Positions 1-14,031 are shown, numbered from the stretch's first letter. The stretch is 64,000 bases of DNA from Octopus vulgaris (GCA_951406725.2 OX597814.1:54746001-54810000); one strand, 5' to 3'. Notes: a model not told the origin generated them from the letters alone. Made by a program: numbers and translations.

Positions 1-295
1 CCAACAGCAATGAATACATACTATTGTCATGTTTGCATGAAAATACTGTTGATAGAGTGTTATTTAATTCTTGCCTTGTCAAAGTAACTGCTCCTGGCGA
101 AACTCAAGCTGAAGCTGCTAACATTTACGAACGGTGATCAGTACCATCCCAGAGTATATATAAACGGCTAAACCATTGAGATTTAACAACATTGACATTG
201 GCAGAGCACAGTGTGGCGGAGGTCACAAATTCGAAAGATCACAAGCATGAATTCACACATACATGCGTACGCGCACACTCACGTACACACATACA

Positions 296-337
<42 letters not shown>

Positions 338-421
338 TTCTTAGTGTGCATGCACACACACACACACACACACATATATATACATATACACATATATACA
401 TATACATACACACACACACAC

Positions 422-451
<30 letters not shown>

Positions 452-468
<17 letters not shown>

Positions 469-682
469 TTTTGTACTTGTTTCAGTCATTTGACTGCGGC
501 CATGCTGGAGCACCGCCTTTAGAGTGGTGAAAGAGTACAGCAGGGATCACCACCTCCTGCCGGAGCCTCGTGGAGCTTTTAGGTATTTTTTCGCTCAATA
601 AACACACACAACGCCCGGTCTGGGAATCGAAACCGCGATCCTCCGACCGCAAGTCCGCTGCCCTAACCACTAGGCCATTGCG

Positions 683-684
<2 letters not shown>
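452..684 (-). mobile_element. tRNA(Arg)-like-headed SINE with poly(A) tail
   Basis: Minus strand reads GGCGCAATGGCCTAGTGG (A box) ... GGTTTCGATTCCC (B box), then a body, then the tail AAGGCGGTGCTCCAGCATGGCCGCAGTCAAATGACTGAAACAAGT shared with the 18091-18490 SINE, then poly(A). Confidence 0.85.
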
Positions 685-771
<87 letters not shown>

Positions 772-934
772 CATACATACACGTATATACATAGATAAAT
801 GAATTAGAAATGAATCACGAACCTTTACAAGCTATGAGCTCAATTGGCTTCATGCGATTCTTGGAAGTGTAGTCTATTCTTAACTACAATAGCGACAACA
901 CGAATTTCTTCCATCTTCTTGGTCTGCTAAAGTA

Positions 935-1275
935 CTGTATTTAATGTCCTATAAGACGCACGAGTGCATAGGAAGCACCCTAGCCTAGGTTATACTTTTG
1001 TAAAATAAATTACCACTAAACTTATGTCTTAATTCCACCACTTACAATATCTTTATGTTATTACCGGTAATTATAAGCCATTTATTGCATTCATATTCGA
1101 TATAAACATACCGTAGGCGATTGTTCACCACTAAATGGCAGTACACGTTTTGTAAACGTACATACGTTTTGAGCGAGTTTTGACCCTACATTGAGTGCAC
1201 TGGACGCAGGGGGATTTTTAAAGACATTTTTGAGTAAAAAAGAATGGGTCGAACGTTAAAGGCCATCAAATACGG
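935..1275. mobile_element. pogo/Tigger-like MITE
   Basis: Terminal inverted repeats CTGTATTTAATGTCCTATAA / TTAAAGGCCATCAAATACGG, each flanked by TA. Confidence 0.7.
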
Positions 1276-1602
1276 TATTTGAGAAAAATTATGTGTCCAA
1301 TTGGTTAAAATTCTATTTGTGCAGCTGATGATGGCACTGCATTTAAATTGATGTAATGATTGCATTGTTCAGTTAAATGGAGCCGCTTGAACCGGTCGTA
1401 CTGCATCACTACTTGATATCCTGTTGCTTATTTTGATTTTATTCACCTTAGTTCGAACTGTGCTGATAATACTGGACTGACTTGGTGCTTCAACTTAAGT
1501 ACCTAATTCAACTGAATCTCAATAATATATATACGTAATTTATTTTTCAGAATGAGATAAAAAACAAGGCTGTGAAGATTTTAGAACATTTATAAATAGA
1601 AG

Positions 1603-1650
1603 ATCTTACAGATGCTTCCAGAATATTTATTATATCCCTTCATCGGAGAC
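1603..1650 (-). ncRNA. Degenerate minimal type I hammerhead ribozyme in a pLTR-like fragment (~1545-1700)
   Basis: GUCU-CCGAUGA-AGGGAUAU aauaa AUAUUCU-GGAAG-CAUCUG-UA-AGAU; core carries substitutions. Confidence 0.6.
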
Positions 1651-1704
1651 GGTGTGAGAAAATGGTTAAGTAATAGTTAATTTAGATAAGATACCAAATA
1701 GAGG

Positions 1705-1766
<62 letters not shown>

Positions 1767-3513
1767 GTGGGTGTGTTTGTGCGTGTATGCGAGCACACAC
1801 ACACATACACACACACACATACACACACACACGCACATTCCGGAGCAAGAGGTACGTTTAAAAAATTGTGTCAAAATATGTATTCGTTAGTGTAAAGGTA
1901 CACGAATGAAACTAGATGGTTGTATGCCCTTCCTTGCTTTGTTTATTATTTTTCCTTATCTATTTTATGTTTTGTTGGGTAATTTTACTAGCCGTTGATG
2001 GCGTTTTTTGCATGTTGATTTTGTCAATTGTCAGCTGAAATCGTTTAATTTTCAAATCTGTTCTGATAGTGTTTATATAACGAAACCTGTTTTTGTCGAA
2101 AGCGGGCGATCAAGAGTATATTTAAGAGGAAAGTAGTAAAAGAGAAAGAGGAGGAAGAAACACACTAAATAGGCGAGCAAAGAAGAATGTGAGATGGACT
2201 CGTAAAGGGAAAAGATTAGAAAATTAAGAGGGGGCGGAAATGTTCAAGGAAAAGGGAAGCAATTCACAAGCTAAAGCCTTTTAATCTGACATACCAAAAC
2301 CGCTACATGTTGACGGATATATTACAGCATAGGTCATTGCACTAAATTTAGAAAGAGAAAAGAGGAAAAAAGGAAAAATAGAAAAAGAAAAAGTAAAAGA
2401 GAAAGGAAGTAGAAGAAAGAAGGAAAGACAGAGTGAAAAGTAAACGAGAAAGAAATTCTATCTGAAAACGAATTGCAAATAAAACGGCGAGATAATGATA
2501 TTGTGTGACAGCGAAGAAAGGGAAAATATTTAAAACGACAACCAGTAGAATATAATGGAGAAAAGGTTGAAGTGTTTACCAAAATATGCAATCAAGATAA
2601 ATATACTATTAGGTAATAGATGTTTCTTATCGCGTCTATGCTCAATGATTTGTCCCTGATTTTCTGTGAGTTAGTCACTGTCATGGGCATAAAAATACTG
2701 CAACGATGAGTGGTAAGCATTGCAAAGAGGTATGATAAAAATGCTCACTTATGTTTATTAGAACTGACTCTTAACTTCAATCGTTAAATGATGCCCGTAG
2801 ATAGAATTGCGACTAGTTGATGATTTCTGCGCCAGAGATCTATGACCACCAGGCGTAGTCTTTTTCAATTCTGGAAGTTGTGGATTCACACATTAGAGAT
2901 GGCTCAACTCATCTTAAGTGAATACTGACACATAAAAGTACGAGTAATAATTAACAATTCTAAAGGCATGTATTATATTACTAATGTGTTAAAGCTTATT
3001 TCCTAGTGTTATAGTCAACTAAAGATAGAGAAAAAATTAATACTAAAGCGAGAGATCTACGATTGTTGGTACTTTAGTTTTTAAATGATCAAATTTGTAG
3101 TCCAGTTCAGCAGGCAAGATTAACGTTGTTTAATATTTGCTTGCGAATGTATAAGGATGAAAGTCTCTTTATTTGGAGAGAGGAGTCCACGGCGCCTTTT
3201 ACTGCATTTTTGTCTTAATTAATTGATAATGAATAATATATGACTCATGAGCTTTTTGAACATTCCATATACATTCTGTAAGCTATGTGCTCAGTAGTCC
3301 TTACATTGAAAGCTAAATGACTTATTTCTGTTAAATGTTATATTCTTATGCACATGCAGTACTTTGTTACTAGGACCATAATATGACTCAGGTGGAAATA
3401 ACGAATAGTTTATCCCGTAATACATATACACATACATACATACATACATACATACATACATACATACATACATACATACATGCATACACACATGCATATA
3501 TGTACATATATGC

Positions 3514-3563
<50 letters not shown>

Positions 3564-3699
3564 GTAAATATATGTACATATATGTACATGTATATATATA
3601 AATATATGTATGTATGTATACACACACATACAGAACGAGAGAGAAGGGGTAAGGAAGGGAGTGTCTCAAGGATCGTATACACACTTTAACAGCTGCTAA

Positions 3700-3960
3700 C
3701 CCACATTTCATTTCTTTTTAGATTTAACTTAGAAATAATGAAGGAAGTTAGACTAAGCTCTGAACAAAGGAAATGTTTCCTAATGTTCTACGAGAAGTTT
3801 GAAGACGTAGTCAAAGTGCAAAACAGTTCAGGAGAGAGTTTCAAACAGATCCAATTGGGCGATTTACCAACGATGGAACTAGAGGTAAGTTTGAAGCAGA
3901 TACGATTGCGGACATCGACGATCGTCACAAACTAAGAAACAGTGCAAGAATCGCATTGCC
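3700..3960 (+). mobile_element. Tc1/mariner-superfamily transposase N-terminal HTH remnant (DUF4817-like)
   Basis: MKEVRLSSEQRKCFLMFYEKFEDVVKVQ, then after a frameshift RREFQTDP...GKFEAD. Confidence 0.6.
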
Positions 3961-3967
3961 AGGGTTA

Positions 3968-4221
3968 AAGAAAACCACATCTTCAAAATCCTCTTGAATG
4001 CTTGACATGATAGATTGTTGCAGCAAGTTCAAGTGAATAACATCAGTCATTGTACTGTCAATAAAGAATGGTCCATTTAAACCTTTTGAGGATAAGCCGT
4101 ATCATACTTTAGCTTCTGGAAAATTAACATGATGTTCCTCCGTAACATGCGGATTTTCAGAAACTCAGTATGTGCAACTGTGGTGGTTAATTTAGCCATT
4201 TAATTTAAATTTAGCCGCATC
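3968..4221 (-). mobile_element. Tc1/mariner-superfamily transposase catalytic-domain remnant (inverted)
   Basis: Manual translation DAAKFKLNG*INHHSCTY*VSENPHV...[20 protein letters not shown] matches the DEAxFxLNG..NxxYW..ENPH..VWCG..GPFF pattern. Confidence 0.75.
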
Positions 4222-4623
4222 TTTTACAAATCTTCTCAAGCACCACTTGAAAAACTCCGCCCTTCGTTTCGGAACATTTTCACTGAAAGCTTGAACTACC
4301 CTTGGAATATAACTTTTCTAATTAAATATAAATGCCCAAATAAGTACAGGTATAATGTAAGTGGTAGTAACTGTAAATTTTCCGTTCATTTCCTTTGTCC
4401 TTTGTTTCTACATTCGCATCTCCAACAGTAAATGTTTCTAAATTATATCCAATGAACAGTAAACAAAATTTATGATTAGAAAAGGAATGTAGTATTTGAG
4501 CAGCCCAGATGTGTAAACAAATTCATTATATTATTGATAGTGTCCTAAAATATCAATACCTTTCTAAAAAACAAAAAATAATTTAGATATCGCCATCAAA
4601 TGTCCAGAACCTTTAATGCAAAT

Positions 4624-4705
<82 letters not shown>

Positions 4706-4753
4706 GTATGCGCGCGTGCATGGAGTACTGCATATAGCATGCCTTGTATACAC

Positions 4754-4809
<56 letters not shown>

Positions 4810-5742
4810 ACACACACACACAAACATCGGTTGTCAGATTTAGGTTATCTTGTTATTTCCTGTTCCTGGATTCCAACAGTATAGTATTCAAAGTATAAGC
4901 TAACATACTAATTGTCAGTACAAGATGGAACACATTGACTGTAAATGCTTCTGTCATCTTATATTATGTCACAGTAAACCCGAAACTTTCGTGAGTGTGC
5001 CTATCAAGTTATTAGTCTGAAAATACTTAAATTTTTGAAGAATAATTTTACATCTTTGGTCATACTAATTGCTTCATGTATGTAAGCTTGATCCATGGAT
5101 GCTCTTCGAAGCTTAGTGGTTAGTCGATGTCATCGGTGCAATACTCAAAAGCTATCTTAATTTTATCTCCTCGTCTCCATGCTTTCATTTTAGCAGTATC
5201 ACTATTGAGGTGAACACTTTTGCTGACGATTAATTATTCTCAGGGTGCAATATCTATTGCTTGGATGTCATCTAACGTCAAATTGTGCAGTCTATATGTT
5301 AGTTGGAATACAGGTACATCAAATATGTTTTTGTATGCATAAAACTCTGAGGATCATATATTATAATTCTCTGGGCATGCTTTACCTGTTGCAAGTTTCA
5401 TCATACTGTGCCACATGCAGCACTAATAACTATAGAATTTTTCGTTAGTTACAGAGAGAAATCAGAGAAATAGTGAGGCTATTAACAGATATGTTGCAAG
5501 AGAGATTTGTAGTTTTAGTTCGTTTTATAATCATCTACGGAACATTTATCTTAGTTACATTTCTTCCTTATATCATTATAGAAAATATTGTAAACGGATC
5601 AAAATTTTCGAAATGCCATCCATAATTTTGGCATATACTTTTAGGTTACCCACAAAGAAACTATGCTTCATGTTGGTGTTTCTCTTTTTAGACTTCTGAA
5701 CAAAAACGATAAAGAGTTCACTGCAAATACAAACAATATCGC

Positions 5743-5799
<57 letters not shown>

Positions 5800-6028
5800 A
5801 AGACAAAGGCAGAGAGAGTGAGAGAGAGGGAGAGAGAAGGAGAAAGAGAAAGAGGGCGGGGGAAGGCGAGAGATCCTTTCCATGAAATGGATCATTGCGC
5901 TACGATAAGTTATCTATCAGAGACAATACACTCAGTAGCTGCATTTGACATGAAGATGATGGCTCAGGATGAAACTAGCCATGTCTTTGAAAGTTTAATA
6001 TGCCTAGTATATCTATGAGTGAGGAAAA

Positions 6029-6178
<150 letters not shown>

Positions 6179-6378
6179 AACGACTGAGAACCATTTGAAT
6201 CCGATATCATAATTGTAATAGCTAATGTGAATTTCCTACGTACGTCATTACCAAACTTAATTCTGATATTGAGAAGATTAAAGAACACTAAAGAAGACAA
6301 AACAAAATAAAAAAAAGAAAAGGAAAAACTTGCATATTCTGACATAAAAGTAAAAAATAATAGCCATCATCCAGTAGT

Positions 6379-6960
6379 AAGAAACGCTCTAGTATTATCT
6401 GGTTACACCCATCTTCTTAAATGTTAAATCAAACATTTCTAAAAATTTCCAAGCCTTAGTAAACAAACATTTCCCCATCAACCACAGAGACAGAAAACTA
6501 TCATACAGAAATAACCTTAAATTGGTTACAGCTGTACCACTATTATGACAAATTTTGTTGCAAGAAAACCAATTAAATTTACCGAGATTAACTGCATATG
6601 CAGAAATACAAATGTATGTTCTCTAATTCAGTCATACAACGCTGAAACTTTATCTACGAAGCAAAAGTCACCTCACCCAATTCACAATTAAATATACAGC
6701 AACTCTACGCGGGTATGGTGGAAGATAAATTTAAACAAATTACCTCACCATAGTTTATGGAGAGAAAAGGAATGTAACAAAACTATCGATTTATGTCTGA
6801 AATTTGAAATAACATACTACAACATCCGACACGTGGATGCTGGAGTATATAGAGAAATGATATAAAACGTTGCTAACGAAAGCCTCATAGTCAATAAACT
6901 TAATAAATCCACAGAGTATCTAAATGCTAGATCCAGATCTTACTCACCTGTCGTCACTTA
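6379..6960 (+). mobile_element. Penelope-like element remnant (RT thumb + GIY-YIG endonuclease)
   Basis: Broken frames give IIWLHP..LNVKSNISKNFQALVNKHFPINH..GYSC, CICRN..C, IYEAKV..LYAGMVEDKFKQ and a terminal TCRH, all typical of Penelope. Confidence 0.8.
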
Positions 6961-7989
6961 GAACTCTGGAATATTATATCAACATCCAATTCAAAGGATT
7001 AATATTTAGTTATTTATCTCGAACAATCACGTTCTCTATTTTCCTTTTCTGTTGAATCCAAATGAAATGTTTCAAACACATTCTCTGCCATTCATTTTGT
7101 GAATCTCTATGCTATGTCACAAAGCAATTATTTACATCATCATAATTTCAGCTCCTTAACTTTTCATATTTACTACCACATAATTATTTATTGAAAACCC
7201 CCTTATTATAGTCAACAAACCTAAATGAAATAATTCACCATCAATAAAATTTACAAAGATTTTTATCCCATATATTTTCAATCAAATAATGCAAGACTAG
7301 AAACTGTATGACAAAATAATTGTCATGTCTGATATTCGAGAAACAAGTCTACTTTTTAATCATCTGATGATTATCTACCATCTATGAATATGAAATGCTG
7401 AATCTCAATGTAATATCAATAACGGATTATGTAATTTGATATATTTCATCCACTACGTGAATTGAAATTCATTGCACTTTTAATGTGTCTACTAAGCATT
7501 GTACTATTAACGACCCATCCCAACTTCTATATCATTGATAAAACAACAGCGTGGTGTATTTGATTTCAGCAGTGATAACTTGTTACAGTTTTCATGAACA
7601 TTTCATTATTGTTGTTATTCCTGGGACTGAGACCATCCTTGATCGCGCAGATTTTTTCTCAAAAACCACCCAGACATGTTCATGCTGTTACTCCCTCACC
7701 TTCACCTCATGAGTCTACAACTACATTAACTAAAGTATTCTCCCACATTTTGTCCTCATTTTCTCAGGTGAGAAGCCAGTGTCCCTGAGCCAGTGTTAGG
7801 CCCCCGAGAATGGTGGAGGAGAGAGAAGTATATATACTTGAACCGGAAGCCTGACCTGAATATTTACAACAGAATAAAAGAATGAACTTCGCTAGAGGCA
7901 GCCGTGGTGCCAAGTGATAGAGTTAAGTCGGATTAAGTCTACCATCCAAAGGTTAAGTCTATCACTTGTGGCCTAATGGTGAGGTGATT

Positions 7990-8220
7990 TGAGATAGATG
8001 TACTTGTTATTTCTAGTAGGATGAGCGACCAGATAGTGGCTGACTCATCAATCACGACCATATTGTTGTGGCTCATCGTTGATCTTAGGCCAGTCAAAAT
8101 TAGTAGACCTATGATCAAAGGTATTTCAGTAGTGACTGTTTATCTTGGATACATTATAGAACGACTTCGTTCTTTCTTACGATGTGTGAGAGTAATTTGA
8201 AGAATACTTGACTGTTGTGA
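7990..8220 (-). mobile_element. Dispersed SINE-like repeat with (CAA)n tail (representative copy)
   Basis: Motifs CTAGAAATA(G/A)CAGCCAAAT and GATCAGGGCTGACCTGGGGCTAAACAAC recur at ~30740, 34260-34800, 37490-37910, 39375-39590 and 44430-44610. Confidence 0.6.
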
Positions 8221-9366
8221 AGAGTTCGAGTCCTGCTGTGGTTTGAACCAGAACTGAAGCACTAACTACACGGCTTTACTTTCAATTCTCTTAACATCAC
8301 CACGGTACACAAATAAAATTTCTGCGGATGAAATAACAATAACCGGTGCAAAAATACCAGGAGAAATAATTTATTAGAACTAATATTAGAATTAATATTT
8401 CGTTCATATCTGTGAAAATGTTTATTGTTCTTTGTTCCAAATTTGTATAATGTTTGCATGTATAATATATGTTATTCAGTATAAACTTCGTTTGATTTCT
8501 TTCGATAATATCAGAGTAATGGCGATTTTACTGAAATTTTTAGGGGTGTACATAATTCTGTGAGATATTGTATGTGTGCGCGCGCGCGTATTTAGTCGGT
8601 GACAAAATCGACAACTCCACCAAATTTTCATCGTGAAACAGGCGATCTATTTGGACACTTTGCGGATTGAAAAGCAAAACCTGTAGAAGAACAGATGAAC
8701 TCAAGAAGAGTCAATAGCCAGCCAAAAGTGTATTTACATATGTACACATATGTAAATGCATATAGAAGATTACTCTGACTTTAAACCTTCCGTGTAGTAG
8801 TCTCTGATCATTTTAACCCTTTTTTGCTTCATACCAGCTTAACAGCTTCAAGCATTTACAGACCGTTTGCATAAGCCTTTATCACTATAAAATTTGAGTA
8901 ACATGAGATTTTTACTTCCTTTACTTCCGAAGTTCTAGAACTCGAGCATCTTGGAACCCAAAACAGATAACAGAACATTTGTTGCTACAATTAGGGTATT
9001 ACGTGTATCTGTGTCAATGAAATACAGAAAACTTCCGGAGTTTCCTTGTTTGGGAGGACACGAATTGTATGGTGTAAGCGTGAGCAGTCGCGATGATACT
9101 CTGGTTGCCTAGATGGGTGCATTCGTCGTTGAAATACTATGAGTGTATTGGAGGCGGAGTTTTGATCATCCCATACAGATGTCTGTCGACATCGTCATGG
9201 GAAGACATGACATAAAGGGGCACTACGCTTGTAATTTTAGCACAACAGATGGTCATACAAGATAATGAGTTGACAGCCGCCACATACATACATACGTACA
9301 TACACATACATGTGTGTGTATATATGCTTACATATACATACATATATACAAATACATATGCATACA

Positions 9367-9435
<69 letters not shown>

Positions 9436-9957
9436 GTATGTATATACGTACGGATGTAAGTATGTATGTGTGTGTATGCATGCGTGTGTATTTGTTGATA
9501 TATGCTTGTGACTGTGCGGGTTGCTGTTTATTTGTGTATATTTATGTTTGTGTATATATGCTTGGAAGAAGCACAAACATAAAAAGAGTTAGATAGCGAT
9601 AGATAAAAGATGGATAAATTACATAAAGCACGCATGCGCGCGCAGATACACACACATACAAAGATACAGACCGTCAGGTAGACAGGTAAAGAAGACATAC
9701 ACATATAGAGAGGAGGGGGCAGGTGTAAGAATACAAAGATACATGATGGAGTTTTTAAATTTTGGCTCAATTCCAATTTATATATTATTTTTAAAAAAGG
9801 GAAAAGCGCTCCGTCGAATTCAACGAGGGGTACTTCAGGGTTTTGAATATTATAGAGTAAGCTATTAAACATTCCGCTGAAAACTGTATTCGAAACGTAT
9901 TCATCGTGTATAATTAGCGTGGCACTGTGCATTCTGAATTATAGTTATAGTCAATCT

Positions 9958-10319
9958 GAGCTTACGTTAATCTGAATGACTCGATAATACGCTATTTCGA
10001 GCGCTAATAATGTTTCGTTTCGCGGCTATACTCTGCTACAGAAAATATCTGTTGATTTTAGTCAACACTGCATATGATAATCAGATGGGAACTTCTTGCC
10101 TTTATATACAGTATCTTTATGGACGTATAAAATGTATATATATATATATACATATCTGCAAATATGTAAATGCGTAAGCATATACTTATGTATATATATA
10201 TAAGTAAAAGAGGGAGAGAAAGAAACATAGCTGTGTGCGTATATATACATACAGGTATATATACACTCGCACATAGACAAGCATGTATTTAAATACATTC
10301 TTATTGACACACACACAGC

Positions 10320-10406
<87 letters not shown>

Positions 10407-10949
10407 AATTTTATTTAATTCTTTCGCAGGAAGGATTAGTTCGACGAGACGTGTTCTGTCCTCACCTTCGAAACACGCTGGAGTTGAACTAGGGACGGCT
10501 GATGAAGGGGATTTTTCCTTGTACTCTGTTTTTTCGTTGTTAAAAAAATGGTCCGTTCCATGCTGTTTTTACTTTTTCGTTTCTCGTTCAGTTCTACGTC
10601 TATTTGTGGTGTCCTGTACACACGTATATATATTTATATATGCATGTATATATACATGTAAATGTAGGTACGTACATATATGTTTGTACGTATGCATATA
10701 TTTTATTTATTACACTATATATATATATGCATACATACACTCATAAGAAAGTCAATATATCTTTACTGTTTAACTATTAAATTTCGTATGTCCATGAAGA
10801 TACTGCATATAAAGATGTTCCCATCTGACTATCACATGCAGTGTTGGCTAAAATCAACTTATATATTCTGTAGCAAAGTATAGCCATGAAATGAAACATT
10901 GTTAGCGCTTGAAGTAGCGTATTATCAAGATTTCGATTAATGTAAGCTC
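9958..10949. repeat. ~170-bp inverted repeat pair (9958-10127 / 10787-10949)
   Basis: Arms are reverse complements at roughly 80% identity by eye; both translate to FPSDYHMQC in the ORF track. Confidence 0.85.
10403..10620 (+). mobile_element. pLTR-like repeat with degenerate hammerhead (same family as 20340-20790 and 60720-61090)
   Basis: UAGUU-CGACGA...UUC-GAAA-CACGCUGGA-GUU-GAACUA, followed by CTGATGAAGGG; homologous to the other two copies. Confidence 0.6.
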
Positions 10950-10962
10950 TTAGTACTAATTA

Positions 10963-11171
10963 TTTCAAATTTTGGCACAAAGCCAACAAATTTGGGGAAA
11001 GGGGGAAGTCGATTACATCGACTCTAGTGCACAACTGGTACTTATTTTATGGACCCCCGAAAGGATAAGAAAAAAAGTCGACCTCGGCAAAATTTGAACT
11101 CATCGTAGAGCCTGAAGAAATTATGCTAAACATTTTATCCGGCGTTTAATGGTTGTGCCATCTCGCCGCCT
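10963..11171 (-). mobile_element. tRNA-derived SINE, family B
   Basis: Head GGCGGCGAG.TGGCA, B box GAGTTCAAAT, core GGGGTC..ATAAAATAAGTACCAG, tail TTGTGCCAAAATTTGAAA; degenerate ~16-bp TSD TAAGC..TTAGTA.TA. Confidence 0.85.
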
Positions 11172-11419
11172 TAAGCATTTAGTAATAGCAATTATAAGTT
11201 GTGTGTGAACAGTTAAACAGGATCCTCGGTCACTTCCATTAGAAGACTGCAACTGGCTCGGGTGATCAACGGAAAAATTGCATGTAAAGACAAAGTGTGC
11301 ACATCTGTCTATTTCATTCCATCAACGGATGCCTCGAAAGCATCTTCTAGTGGGTGTGCCAATCTTTTAGAAGTAAAAATTTCAAACGCAAGAAATAAAA
11401 AGAAAAAAACATTGCCTCC

Positions 11420-12020
11420 ATGAGCGATATTCAGCTAGACCCCTCACGGTCAATCCAAATGTTTTACCTCATTATCATGAAGAGTCTCTCCTGGCGAAAA
11501 TACAGTTCTAATATAGCAAGGCGTGCATCTCAAAGACTGACCCTTCTCTCCAGACCAAAATATACTTCATCCCTTCTTTCAACAATTATCGACAATAAAA
11601 CTCAAGTGTGACCCACACTGGGTTACACACATATTGCTTCCACACCAGGAACGGTGCTGCTGCTACACACACACACCGACATCTTGGATCGTATCCAGAA
11701 TCAGACCGTTTAACTGATTCGCATATAAAATTACTTACAGACACGCTCTAGTTTCTGGCTCATAAGTATGTTGCTACATTAACGGCCGATGGTTTTTTGG
11801 AATTTGATGGTTATGTCCCTCGTCCACTTATCCACACACCTTTCTTCCTCTGTCCACCTTTGTTGCGTCAAACTCTCTAGGTACCATAGTAATCACTAAG
11901 TCAAACCCTTCGTCTTTAGAATAACGCCTCTCTGGAATCATCACACCGCTCATAGTTTTCCCGTAGTTGTTGAATTGTAACTGTTTAAACGGAACGTTAA
12001 CGACAGCAAACACACTAGTT
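11420..12020 (+). mobile_element. CR1/L2/Jockey-like LINE 3' RT remnant
   Basis: SLSWRKYSSNIARRASQRLTLL...KTQV(R)PTL...ILDRIQ resembles the C-terminal RT region of these clades. Confidence 0.6.
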
Positions 12021-12489
12021 AAAGAAGGCATGAAAAGGTCATGGGCCCAGACCCTTCTTCCTTACCTAGCACATAATGAAAAGAAAGGAAAAAAAAAAGC
12101 ATACAGTCATGTCTAACATTCCCCAATAGATTCTATAGTCCCGTGTAGCATATAAATGAAACGAGATTCTTTAGTCCAGTATGGCATCCAAATGATGTAC
12201 TGCTAACGCACCAGTAATTTATAGCTTGTATGAGTGTGTGTGTGAGTGTGTGTGCGTGCGCGCATGTGGTGGGAATGTGTGCGTATGTGTCGATTCGGAA
12301 GGCTTAATATATATAATATGCATTTCATTTGTATACGTGATGTCCCTGCTTTACTCCGCCGGACGTCATACTGTTTACGTGCTCTCGTATTGCACAAACA
12401 TGTCATTAATTGTAAATTATACTTCAGTGTCAAAGCCTCCTCCGTAACTGTTCGTCTTGTGACATACACAGAGGCACCCAAACTATATA

Positions 12490-12526
<37 letters not shown>

Positions 12527-12712
12527 GCACAAGCACACACATGCACAATGTGCGTGTGTGTGTGTGTGTGTAGACAACATAAATTCATACACACGCACAC
12601 ATACACGTATGTACTCATATGTATAAGCACATGTATGAATGTATATATAAGTATATACGCACACATGTATGTATGTAGTATGTATATATACGCATGTATA
12701 AATACATAAGTG

Positions 12713-12875
12713 CGGGCGTGGCTGTGTGGTAAGACGTTTGCTTCTCAACCACATGGTTCCGGGTTCAGTTCCACTGCGCGACACCCTGGGCAAGTGTTTG
12801 CTACTATAGCCTCAGGCTGGACCAGAGCCTTGTGAATGGATTTAGCAGACGGAAACTGGATGAAGCCCTTTGTGT
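12713..12875 (+). mobile_element. tRNA-derived SINE family A, 5' half
   Basis: GTGGCTGTGTGGTAAG...GGTTCCGGGTTCAGTTCCACTGCG; matches the 18091 copy. Confidence 0.9.
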
Positions 12876-12914
12876 GTGTATATGTATGTATATATATATA
12901 TGTGTGTGTATATG

Positions 12915-12951
<37 letters not shown>

Positions 12952-12953
<2 letters not shown>

Positions 12954-13090
12954 CTAAAAATAAGGGTGTCTGAGAGACACCACCATGCCGAAATATCAGT
13001 CAAAACCCTGACTTTACAAACCACGTTTTTAAAGTGTTTTGACTGCTATTTCGGCATGGTGGTGTCTCTCAAACACCCTTATTTTTAGTT
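12952..13090. repeat. Palindrome with ~55-bp arms, hammerhead-like
   Basis: AACTAAAAATAAGGGTGTCTGAGAGACACCACCATGCCGAAATATCAGTCAAAAC and its near-perfect reverse complement. Confidence 0.9.
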
Positions 13091-13182
13091 GTAAAAAAAT
13101 TATTACCTTTGTACGGTATTTTTTCCCATGCTGGCCACTTGATAATATCGATATTTAAACATCGATATTATTCTTATTTATA

Positions 13183-13302
<120 letters not shown>

Positions 13303-13728
13303 GGACAGATAGATATAAAAACCTATGTATATACGTGCGTGTGAGAACAAAGCAAGCAGAGTGGGTGGAATATAGAATGAAAATTTGTGTATTTTCCTGT
13401 TGCATTCAACCTATAAATATTACTAAGAATACAGCCATGTGTATCAGATATAATTCTTCAGTTTGCCTGACCACGTGTGTGCGTAAATATTCTTTGGCGA
13501 ACGACATAAGTCCCAGATGTAGCAGCCAGATTGACTTTAGAGATACCAACGATATTAATTAACCTCTCAACAGTACACCATATATGGATTAAATGAATGA
13601 GTGTATTCCTAGATCCCTATTCCTCTTTTCCACCTCTCTCTACATATGCATGTATGCATGTATGTATGCATCCATGTATGTATGCATCCATTTATGTATG
13701 CATCCATGTATGTATGCATTCATGTATG

Positions 13729-13766
<38 letters not shown>

Positions 13767-13970
13767 ATCAAAAAGACACACACATAACAATTATCAATCC
13801 CTTCTCTCTCATTTCTCTATCCCTCCGCATCAATCTATTTATCTACCAAAGAATTAATCAATCAATCATTCCAATCATTCAATCACTCACTCAATCAGTC
13901 TGTCTGTATCTCTATCTAACTATATGCACACATGCATACGCGCATATACATAATACATGCATATAAATAT

Positions 13971-14031
<61 letters not shown>

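Noticed and set aside
610-684. Functional tRNA-Arg gene
   Set aside because: Cloverleaf is not maintained and the sequence continues into a SINE body.
1325-1350. CTGATGA as a hammerhead core
   Set aside because: No GAAA or supporting stems downstream.
2058-2102. CTGATAG..GAAAC..GTC motif
   Set aside because: Weak stems I and III and an altered core.
7325-7400. CTGATGA...GAAA after the Penelope remnant
   Set aside because: Stems II and III and the NUH site could not be paired convincingly; at most a heavily decayed pLTR.
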